A DNA stretch of 64,000 nt from contig NC_092345.1 of the NCBI RefSeq assembly GCF_963676685.1, positions 15,562,001-15,626,000 on the forward strand. The letters run 5' to 3'. Under the pieces are notes generated by a model, which was not told where the DNA came from, did not search any database, and worked only from the letters and a program-made list of their open reading frames with translations. Every line of letters starts with the position of its first letter. Position 1 is the first letter of the stretch. Made by a program: the position numbers and the translations under genes. Shown here piece after piece: positions 12,919 to 23,617 of the stretch. This DNA comes from Mytilus edulis (Eukaryota).

Positions 12919-15698
12919 ACTTAGATCCGCCTTGGATAGGTTAGTATTTACGAGGTGAAGGTTCCGTTATATATTTGATTAAAGATAAAAGTAGATATAT
13001 ATCCTCATGATAAAATGACAACAGGTAATCAGGATGTTACTGGTTACCTATACAATACGATAAGGATATGTCACAAGCAATGTTACCGGGCTTGACAAAC
13101 AGCTATCATGTCTATATAAATAGATAAAAAGTGATATCAGTTTTTGTAATTAATTTTCCTGTACAAGTATGGACATATTCTGAAATGTATTGATTAGCAT
13201 CTATTACCCGTAACAAATAAAACTGAATCAGCTGCTTAAAAATATTTTAAAATTTACACCAAGATGCCAAACAATAGAACACAAAACTCAACACAGAAAA
13301 CTAAAGACTTAGCATCACCAACCCCACCAAAAACGATCTCAGGTGCTCCAGAAGGGTACGCAGATCCTGCTGCATGTAAAAGTTAATGATATTTTTTTTA
13401 AATGATTTCATATATTTAAAGTGGACTCAATCACTACACGAATCTATGTTCAAAAATAAAAAATGACAAAAATATTGTTTGCATTTGTCCGATTTAACAA
13501 GACTCCGAATGCAGGTGAACAAATACATGCTTCTAATGAAATCATTGGTTTAAAGAAAACAAATTCGTGTTCTTTTGAGTAGAAAACAAAATGGTTTTGT
13601 TTATTAAAGTTGTAGGATAAATCGTCTCGAGAATGGCAAAACATTCTTCTTTTCCCCCTCGGAAATCATTTAACTAGCTGAAAAATCCTGAACGTGCATG
13701 AAACATTTGCCACTGGACGTTAAAGTGGTACCCAACACCTTCACTAAAATTAATTTGGCTCGTTTAATCTTCATAAAATTTTGACAAAGAATTAACTTTG
13801 ACCCTTTGACAAAAATTTATAAAATTTTAAAATATTTGAACCAACCGTTTTATCAGAAAAATTACACTGGTTATATAGCAGTTTGACAAACACTAAAATC
13901 GTTTTATATAGACATAATAAACTTTCTTATAGCCTTGTGCTTTTTGTATTAAAACTTTTTATGTACTATGTATTTATAAGAACTAGTAGTAAGCTTGTCC
14001 CTACTGTAGACCAACCGTATGTGAAGGGACATCGATAAATCTTGATGGGTCACAAAAAGAAATAACAAAAATAAAAACAAAACAAAGTCGATATGTTACT
14101 CTCAAAGTCTACGAAATTTTCTCATGAAGCTAACGTATTTTTTTTTATTTAAGCAAATCTTTAAACTGTTGGCTTAGAGCAAGTAATTAGTTTTTCCCTT
14201 CGTATGTTGTCGAGAAATCTTAGTAATTGTCAATGAGTGTGTATTGGGGAAAACTTCAAAGGAAATTTATTTAAAGAGCTGAGAGTTGCTATAGAGTATC
14301 TGTCACGAAATGAATAGTTAATATATGCTAATAATCAGTATATTTATACAATTATTTGGTAAATAAGTTACAATCAGATTCATCCTTAAGACACCCTTCT
14401 TTACCGATATTGTTATTTAAAAAAAGCTGAAAAGCTTTTCAGTGAAAGCGTTGATCAGGTGTGCGCTTTAAAAACGAAAACCACTATTCACTAACTTATG
14501 GACCAGTTGGTTTTTCCAATAAATAATTCCGGATTTACATCATATTATAGAAGCGAAACACGGGTTGTATTCAAGAGATAATAATGCTACACAGAATGAT
14601 TTCTTGTATGGTGTTTACTTCCCATGCTATTAGCATGAATTTGAAATTGAAATTATTTAAAGTTTGTGAAGTTACAGTCCTTTGATTGACATTTAGGCTG
14701 ATTATACGCCCGTTTCATGATGTTTTCACATCTGATCGCTCGCGTCCTTGTGTGGTCTATATTTTGCTTGTATGATCCATGTGCATGTGTCTTACATCTT
14801 TTAATTTATTCCAAAAAATGAATTCATGCAGTATGGGTATTCAAGTTTTATTTGAAATTTAACAATAGATGCAAGTAAAATAAAATGATTTGTCAATCAA
14901 TTTTATTTTTAACAAGATATTTTGACGGATAGTGTTTTCCTACTACTTATAAAATGAGCGGGGCATATAATCAGATTTTATTATACTTCTTTTAAGATAC
15001 AGCATTTCTGGCCACACATATTGGTGTTTTATACCATAAGCTCTGGTCATAAAAGTGACTTAATTCACCAAATTGACAAGAATTATCGCTCAATTAAGGT
15101 CCGTCACTGAAAAGAATGACCAAATACACCTGTTAAATGGTCAGTTTATTGAAGTAGTTATGACAAAATATTGCAAATATTCCAAACAATTGCAAAACCT
15201 ATGAAATGACACTGTGTAAATTATAAATAATAAAATAAGTGATTAAAGATTTAATTAAAATAAAATTAGGAGATGTGGTGATATTGCCAATGACGTTGAG
15301 AACTTAAGTTTGGGACGTGAATTAAAAAAATACCGAAGCAGTATAGAAAGCAATAAAGGCCTAGAATGACAATATGTGAAACAAATCAAACGAGTAAACC
15401 ATGGACGGTAAAGACGAAAACACAAAAACAATGAAATGATTGGCAAATAGAAACAAAAGATAACCACTGATGTTTTAGACATTCTATTCTTAAACTGACA
15501 CCCACAGACATGAATTATCATTGATATGGTAATAATAACTGTTGATTTTTTTTTAATACTAAGGCTTTTCTACATGTACCTCAAGGATAGATTACATTAG
15601 CTGTATTTGGCAAAACTTTTAGGAATTTTTGGTCCACAACGCTTTTCAACTTCGTATCTTTTTTTTTTTTTGCTTGCTGTTTTAACTTTGTTTCATTC

Positions 15699-15744
15699 GA
15701 GCGTCAATGATGAGTCTTTTGTTGACGAAATGCAGGTCTGGCGC
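15699..15744 (+). ncRNA. Minimal hammerhead ribozyme copy (C3>A, degenerate)
   Basis: gcgtca-ATGATGA-gtc-ttttgtt-gac-GAAA-tgcag-GTC-tggcgc, within the same short repeat as 3092-3240. Confidence 0.65.
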
Positions 15745-16022
15745 AAACACAAAACTCCAATCCTTGTATCTATGATGAGTTGTTTGTACTCAATTTAAAA
15801 TGTCTTACAATTGTTTTAGCAGAGTATAACAAAAATACCGAACTCCAAGGCAATAAAGACTGACCAAATCAAACGCGTTCAATATACATGTATTTGTATA
15901 TTACACACAGTCGGTACGTTCAATATACATGTATTTGTATATTACACACAGTCGGTACGATATACATGTATTTGTATATTACACACAGTCGGTACGAATG
16001 GTGCGGCTATACATGTATTTTA

Positions 16023-17114
16023 GATAAAATACATGCTTTCAATGGTCCTTACAATTCTGTTGACAGTTATGATTTTTCTACTCTGTACACTACACTTCCA
16101 CACAATCTTATAAAGAAAAAGTTTTTGTATTTGATAAAATGGTCTTTCGAAAAATCTCATTGTAATTTTATTTGCTGTAACTCGTTTAAGGCCTTTTTCT
16201 GTAACGAAAAGGGAAAGTATGCTAGATACACTTACTGGAAATGTGAGGATATGATTGAAGCTTTAAACTTTCTGCTTGATAACATTTATGTACGTTTCGG
16301 CGATAAAGTGTATCGTCAGGTAGTAGGTATTCCTATGGGCACCAACTGTGCCCCTTTAATAGCAGATTTATTTCTATATTGCTATGAATCTCAGTTTATG
16401 ACCAAACTCAGTAAAGACCCATCATTGTTACATTTGGTTGATACATTCAAAAATACCTACCGTTATCTGGATGATATTTTTTCGTTGAATAATCCAGACT
16501 TCTCTAAATATACTTCAGAAATTTACCCAAACGAACTTACTTTAACTAAATCTAACATAAACAGCAGCAGTTGTCCTTTTCTAGATTTAGACATTTCAAT
16601 TTCAAACGGGAAACTTCACACTAAAATTTACGACAAAAGAGACGATTTTTCATTTCCTATTGTTAATTTTCCTTTTTTAGATGGCGATGTGCCTTTGGCT
16701 CCATCATACGGTGTTTATATATCGCAACTCGTTCGGTTTGCCCGTGTGTGTTCTGATGTCATAGATTTTAACGAACGTAATCAATGCATCACTGGTAAAT
16801 TGTTGTGTCAGGGATTTCGATACCATAAATTACTTAAAACTTTTACTAAATTCTTTCATAGATACAAAGATTTGATTAGTAAATTTGGCTATACCTGTAG
16901 AAAGCTTATTAAAAATGGTATTTCACATCCTAAATTTTATGGTAATATTGTACTTAAAGCGAGGAAATCACTATGTGATCCTTGTAAACTCATCGAACCT
17001 TTAAACAAACTTATAAGTAAGGGTTATCGTACCAATATTGTAATAAGATCTCTGAATATAGTTCACATTGGCACTAATATTGATATTGTCATTAGCAAAT
17101 TAAAACATAAGTAA
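16023..17114 (+). CDS. Penelope-like reverse transcriptase, C-terminal 363 aa, uninterrupted
   Basis: Motifs YDFSTLYTTLPH, YRQVVGIPMGTNCAPLIADLFL, YRYLDD, CPFLDL, thumb IYDKRDDFSFPIVNFPFL..SYGVYISQLVRFAR; TAA stop. Confidence 0.93.
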   Translation, partial: DKIHAFNGPYNSVDSYDFSTLYTTLPHNLIKKKFLYLIKWSFEKSHCNFICCNSFKAFFCNEKGKYARYTYWKCEDMIEALNFLLDNIYVRFGDKVYRQVVGIPMGTNCAPLIADLFLYCYESQFMTKLSKDPSLLHLVDTFKNTYRYLDDIFSLNNPDFSKYTSEIYPNELTLTKSNINSSSCPFLDLDISISNGKLHTKIYDKRDDFSFPIVNFPFLDGDVPLAPSYGVYISQLVRFARVCSDVIDFNERNQCITGKLLCQGFRYHKLLKTFTKFFHRYKDLISKFGYTCRKLIKNGISHPKFYGNIVLKARKSLCDPCKLIEPLNKLISKGYRTNIVIRSLNIVHIGTNIDIVISKLKHK

Positions 17115-17248
17115 ATTTCATTATCTTTTGAGGCGAGATGTATAGAGACACAGACACGTTAACTTTTATTTCTATAGAAGTCGCTCTTCACTATACTACT
17201 ACCTGTCGATACATTTATTTTTGGCATTGCACAAGTCATGTCTTCTTT

Positions 17249-17306
17249 GACTATTAATGACGTTAAAATACTAAATCCCTGTGATGTGTTTTAGTCGATT
17301 TTAGTC
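17249..17306 (+). promoter_or_regulatory. Eukaryotic SECIS element (form 2) in the retroelement 3' UTR
   Basis: Helix I gacta/tagtc; core ATGAc (17257) / cGAt (17296); 10-bp helix II gttaaaatac/gtgttttagt; apical AAA 17273-17275; ministem atc/gat. Confidence 0.85.
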
Positions 17307-17789
17307 TCTGATGCATGATTTTTTATTATTAATTGGTTTTGGCTTTTAACTAGCTGTCAGTAACTGCGAGTACTCTCAAATCGTATTTTCTTGTTAATTC
17401 GACCTGTTGATACTGTTTATAATGCTTTTTTGTCATTTTTTATTTATACGGATCTTGTCTGTACACCAGCTTTGATTATTTGTAATATCTTCACTTATTC
17501 TTACAACATTTGTATAAACTTCAAGATTATAAAAAAAACCGGTTTTTTTTCTAAAGTGAACATTGATTGGTTAAATATTTCTCAGTCATGTCCTGTTTTT
17601 GAATTTGTTTGTTAGCTTTTTGGTCATGAATGTTTGTCTCTAATATTTAATTAACTGTGCATTTGTATTCAGATATCGCAGATCAAATTTATTCGTTCAT
17701 TGTTTAATCATACGTTTTTTGATTGAGTTAAGTCTGCCAATTGATATTTTATCGTATGTTTTTCTTTGTTGTGATGTTATGCTATTGTT

Positions 17790-17873
17790 TCAGAAAAAGG
17801 GAGAAGGTTTGGATCCATTAAAACGTTTAATCCCGCTGCAAATGTTTGCACCTGTCCTAAGTCAGGAATCTGA
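17790..17873 (+). ncRNA. Twister-like self-cleaving ribozyme, P5-type permutation, intact core
   Basis: P5 tcaga/tctga; P2 TCCC/GGGA; GA-AGG pairing with loop TCCT; TAA at 17828-17830; GC pairing with loop aaGT; P3 tgcaa/ttgca; P4 cctg/cagg. Confidence 0.8.
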
Positions 17874-20382
17874 TGTACAGTAGTTGTCGTTTGTTTATGT
17901 AATATATACGTGTTTCTCGTTTCTCGTTTTGTTTATATAGATTAGACCGTTGGTGTTCCCGTTTGAATGGTTTTACACTAGTAATTTTGGGGCCCTTTAT
18001 AGCTTGTTGTTCGGTGTGAGCCAAGGCTCCGTGTTGAAGGCCGTACTTTAACCTATAATGGTTTACTTTTTAAATTGTTATTTGTATGGAGAGTTGTCTC
18101 ATTGGCACTCACACCACATCTTCCTATATCTATTTGTATATTACACACAGTCGGTACGTTCAATATACATGTATTTGTATATTACACACAGTCGGTACGA
18201 TATACATGTATTTGTATATTACACACAGTCGGTACGAATGGTGCGGCTATACATGTATTTGTATATTACACACAGTCGGTACGTTCAATATACATGTATT
18301 TGTATATTACACACAGTCGGTACGATATACATGTATTTGTATATTACACACAGTCGGTACGTTCAATATACATGTATTTGTATATTACACACAGTCGGTA
18401 CGATATACATGTATTTGTATATTACACACAGTCGGTACGAATGGTGCGGCTATACATGTATTTGTATATTACACACAGTCGGTACGATATACATGAATTT
18501 GTATATTACACACAGTCGGTACGAATGGTGCGGCTATACATGTATTTGTATATTACACACAGTCGGTACGTTCAATATACATGTATTTGTATATTACACA
18601 CAGTTGGTACGAATGGTGCGGCTATACATGTATTTGTATATTACACACAGTCGGTACGTTCAATATACATGTATTTGTATATTACACACAGTCGGTACGA
18701 ATGGTGCGGCTATACATGTATTTGTATATTACACACAGTCGGTACGTTCAATATACATGTATTTGAATATTACACACAGTCGGTACGAATGGTGCGGCTA
18801 TACATGTATTTGTATATTACACACAGTCGGTACGAATGGTGCGGCTATACAAGTATAAAACAGAAAATTATAACAATAAAAAAAACAAGAACATCATATG
18901 CAAAACATTTCAATCGAAATAAGTTTTTGGCAAATATAAAAAAGAAGATGTGGTATGATTGCCAATGAGACAACAAGAGACAAAAATTACACAGAAATTA
19001 AGAATGTAGCATTGCCTATAAGTTGAGATGAGTCTATATGGTTCTTCAATTTGGGCATGTTCTTTAAAATGTTATTACAAGCAACCTCAGAGAAATTTAA
19101 TTACCTTTTAAAGCTCAATAGATATTTCATTATGTCCTTGTTTATTATATACTATGCCGACTCTAAATAAAATTAAATTACTATTACCATTTATCATATT
19201 TACGTATTTATATAACCCTAGATTTCAAACGTTAAAGTTTGAGCGTTACTGATGAAGGTGCACCCAGGAGATTTTCATTTTAAATTATATCAAACTTGCG
19301 ATTTTTTTTTATTATTAATTAAATAAATGACATGAGAAATCGAAATAAACAAGGACATTCCTGCATTTTTCTTCCTAATTCATTTGTTATTATCGGGAAG
19401 TATCTGGGTTAAATGATAATATTAGCCGATAAAACAAAAGACGATTTTTGTCCTATAACAATATCTCGGCAGGAAAATCTCTCAATCCTTTGACATTGAT
19501 TTTATTTATCCATGAAAGTGAAAAATGGATGAAAAGTTAGTTTTATCTACAACTGTGTGAACATTGGATTGTTAATGATGATAAAACAGGAAACCTACGA
19601 CACAACACGAAAATGCAACGACCATGATGGGATACTTGCGCTTTTCAAAATTCCATTTGGCCCTTGGTCAAACCCAGCAATGAATTTGATAGACAAAGAC
19701 AAATTATTTTAAAATTTCATCTTCATTCTTAAATTATTATTAGTTTAAAATGACTGATGCGAAATATTTGTTGACACAAGTCTTTTCGTAGTTGCTCCTA
19801 CATCGTTTTTATTGTTATCTGTCACATTTGCCTGATCCGGGGTGATCGACATCGATTTACCATATCCAGAGATCAAAATATGTTCATCTTTTCCTTGGTA
19901 GAATATAGATTTGATGAGTTAGTGGATAAATTGATGGAACCCATTTAAAACCTACCCTTTTGTTGAGCTGTCACGGGATTATAACAGACACTATACTTTG
20001 ATGAAAATTAGGTAGTCATTTTTCATCATAGCATATCGATTGAATATAAGAATAGGACATTCTTTTTACAGATCCTGGTCGTCTTATCAAATGTAATCAT
20101 CAAAATGGCTTCATATGAAATCATTTTCATGATACCGTCTACATATTAGTATATCATTAAAAATGTTCTCGGAGTTTCTTTTTTCTTTCCTTCTTTGAGT
20201 TTTTTTTTCTAGAATTGTTAAAATCTTTATTTAAATCTGCTACAAAAAAAATAGTGCGAGCTGTATTTTTTTTTTCTTTTTCACGCAAGCTCAAGTCAAA
20301 ATAGAGAAAACGACATGTAATACACTATATCAAACCATTATCCTGTTTTCCCTGTGTGTTTTGGGGCACACTTAACATTGAG

Positions 20383-21157
20383 AAGAGACAACACCCCGAT
20401 CAGAAAACGGGCAAAGACCACCAATGAGTCTTCAACGCAGCAAGAACATCCAGCACCCGGGGGACCTCCGAGGTGGTCCTCAGCTGGCCCCCTCAATAAA
20501 ATTGTTTACTAGTTCAGTGAAAATGGACGTCACACTAAACTCCAAAACACATAAATGAACTAAAATTTGAAAACATTCAAAACTCATTTTAAACTAACAA
20601 AGGCCAGAAGCTCCTGATTGAGACAGATGCAAAAATGCGGAGCGGTTAAACATGTTTTGTGATATCTCAACCCTCCCCTTTACATCTAGCAAATGTAGAA
20701 TAAAGAAACACATAGCAATATGCACAAAAAATTAAGCAAAATGACAATGATACATAAATTAACAAACTAAAGACTATACTAACAGTTTATGACATGCCAG
20801 CTCCAGACCTAAATTAACTGATTGAAAGATTGTGTCTTCATTACATTAAAATCAAGTACAATCTCTCCCTAACGGGGTTCAGTATCATACCATCGCAAAA
20901 TATATGAGAATAACATTTCCCGTATCATACCAACAACTGGTTTTAGAATAAATGTGTTTCCGTTGCAAAGACCCTATGAGTGAATCATTATTACTACCAA
21001 AATATCCAAACCTTAATAACTTGACGACATTTTTGTGCTTTGTAAAGAATATTTCCATAAAATATTGGATGTGAAATACCTGAACGTATCAGATGTCTGA
21101 ATGTTGAGTTGTATTTTGTGATATCGAAAACCCTGGTGTAATATTTTTTCCGTAATA
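20383..21157 (-). mobile_element. Degraded 3' part of a second Penelope-like subfamily (RT C-terminus, SECIS relic, twister relic, tail)
   Basis: ITEKILHQGFRYHK and RHLIRSGISHPIFYGNILYKAQK match ITGKLLCQGFRYHK and RKLIKNGISHPKFYGNIVLKARK. SECIS relic ~20839-20906; twister relic ~20601-20690. Confidence 0.85.
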
Positions 21158-23617
21158 TGAATATACATATGTATGCAGACATATCCTTGAAACCAAAACG
21201 GAGCTAAAATTGCCAACACATCTATGGTCATACAGCAAGGTGAAAATACGGCTTTGTACAGAGTGTATTTGATGAAAATTTGTCCAAAAAAATATGGATA
21301 GTTATGATATAATTTCAATTAAAAACTGCTGAAAAGTTTCATTAATAAAATATTGTTTTCATTGACACCAAAAAATAAACAAACCTTTTTAAGATAGTTT
21401 TTGTCAAAGCAGGCAAACTAAATAATTTTATTTTCCATCGGTTCATTTATATTTATAATTGTTGATATGATCGATTTTGTTGCGATATTTATCGCTTTTA
21501 CACTTAACAGTTTGCACGTGAGTGTCGTAAAACGATTCGATGACAATAGCAGCTATTGTCATTACTGCTAAATTTCCTAGAGACGTACTTCGCATTGATC
21601 GTTTACAGCCTTTTTATGTCGGTGGAAAATATTTTCTCCAATGATTTATAATGAAAAATTCTGTGATGACGACTTCCGGTTGTTGTTAAACAGTGGGTTC
21701 CGATTAGTTATAAATGTAAAAGGAAACAACCAAGAGATTAATGCATGCATAATTAATGAAGCTGTCATACTTCTGTAAAGGATTATATGGTTCGTGGTGT
21801 TTTGAAACATAAACATACAATTATCACCGTGTATTAGAACTGTAAAACCAATTTTGTACTATAGAAGCGATTAAAACGTCTAAATGACAACAAATAGAAT
21901 AAAAATATGTGAATGATGTTATTATTTTTAAGGAAAATAATGAGTTTAGTTCTTAACTGGTTCTATACTACCGAATATGTCATTCGAAATGTACTTGAAA
22001 GTGTATACAGTTACTACTTTGCCCATCTATATAACACTGCTTAAGGTGTACATAATTCAATTTTACCAGACAAGCGCCCTTTTCATAGCAAGAGAACAAA
22101 CTTTGGTCTCCGGTAGGGTTTGTTTTTATTTAGCTGTTAGTACATCCTTTTTGAAATAACCTTTAGATACTGTTAATACAATAATCTTAAGCATCAAAAC
22201 CGTCTTTAACTGAGAAGGCTTCAAACTTGTAGCTGGTTCTTTTTTCGTTATCTTTATTAAGAAACGGAGTATTCATAATGACGATGAATGATTTCTTTCG
22301 AAATAATGGTTAGTGGGTACATTTTGCGATTGACAGTTAGCTAACAGTGGTACCAACCGGAGTGACACTTAACAATCCTAATAAACAATCGTTTTTTTAA
22401 ATTATTATGTTTTATGGGGTTTTTTTTTAAAGCAATTATGAGGTTTTCCATGAAAGAGGATAAAAAAAATCATATGCTTCAAAATTAGTTCATGTTACTA
22501 CTAAGCCATTTGATTCAATATTCATTAAATAGAACTAATTGTACTTCGTGGTTTTTCTTTCTTTCTGTCACAAAAAGTATGCATTTTCAGCTGCAAAGTA
22601 TCTTCCACAAACTGGTTACATGGATAACATTACCCTGCACCCGAACTACTTCACTTAGCAGACGACATTTGTGTTCCACCTACTGATGGAAAGTCAACAG
22701 ATCAATACATTGTTGATGACAACTGACAAATCCATTGCCCGGATGACAATGAAGTACCCGGATTAAATTCATATTGACCTTCTATTCCGTTCGCTATGCA
22801 AGCCCTAACGATTAAATAATTTATATTTCTGAATCGTATTCTTATTCAAAAAATAAAAGTCTATTGAATTGGATATTTCCATACAATTATTCTGTAATGA
22901 TGTGTTGAAGAGACACGTAACAGTAGCATTGCTGTGTATTTAAATCTTGACGAGCACTTCCGCTTAATTTACTTTGCATTTAAGGTCTTGTGCCATGTCT
23001 TTAAAATCGTATTAGGACAAGAATAATGTCATTCAAAATTTATTCATGACAACTGCTTTATTTTCAGATGTATTATGGGTAAAATGAATTATAGTTTATG
23101 TCCATATGTTACCTTTTTAATGACCCTTTTAGAAAAGTATATATTGCGTACCTGAGTAAAAGAGACAGAAGATAGTAACTTGGTTGAATTTTTTTATTAG
23201 AGGCTCTTGATATATTTATGTTCAAAACATATGAATATTTGAATCCTACAAACATCAAGACTATATTCTGAATACACTTATTTTACCCTAGAGCCGAGCT
23301 AAGGAGTCTATTGGTTTCAATTTTCTTATATCAGGGTCCAAATAAAGAGTACGTTAATGTGAGTTAACTAATATATATCAGATGAGCTAATTTGGACATC
23401 AGTGTAAGTTTAATCATTTCAGAGTTGAGATAACCAGTCCGTGAACATGGGTTTATATGTATCAGTCTCGGGCTAAAGAGTCCATCAGTATGTTTAACCA
23501 TACAAGAACAAGTTAGATCGTATACATATTACGACGCTAGATTAAAGCTTACGAGGAAAGGAGACACCCGGCCACCAAAAGCTTTATTTTTTGTACAACC
23601 TAGGTGGTCGAGTGGTT

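Larger units (their letters stand above)
16021..18130 (+). mobile_element. 5'-truncated Penelope-like retroelement (likely Naiad/Chlamys-type)
   Basis: RT ORF plus ~1-kb 3' region. TATTT is duplicated at 16016-16020 and 18131-18135. No GIY-YIG domain follows the RT, consistent with permuted PLEs whose endonuclease is N-terminal (lost here). Confidence 0.85.
15876..18851. repeat. Variant minisatellite: 36-bp core with three alternative linkers, interrupted by a retroelement
   Basis: About 20 copies of tatacatgtatttgtatattacacacagtcggtacg joined by a, ttcaa or aatggtgcggc. Occupies 15876-16020 and 18131-18851. Confidence 0.95.

Noticed and set aside
15888-16022. N-terminus of the 408-aa RT ORF
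   Set aside because: The first ~45 codons are satellite sequence that happens to be in frame with the truncated RT; this is not the native start.
15876-18851. CRISPR array or RT-associated prokaryotic system (36-bp repeats next to an RT)
   Set aside because: The spacers are only three recurring 1-11-bp linkers, there are no cas genes, the context is an intron-containing animal locus, and the RT is Penelope-like and inserted into the repeat.
18058-18968. Long ORFs of 266, 297 and 136 aa
   Set aside because: They are translations of the stop-free minisatellite in different frames.
19241-19270. Hammerhead ribozyme at gagcgttaCTGATGAaggt
   Set aside because: Only the 5' half of the core is present; no GAAA/NUH half follows.
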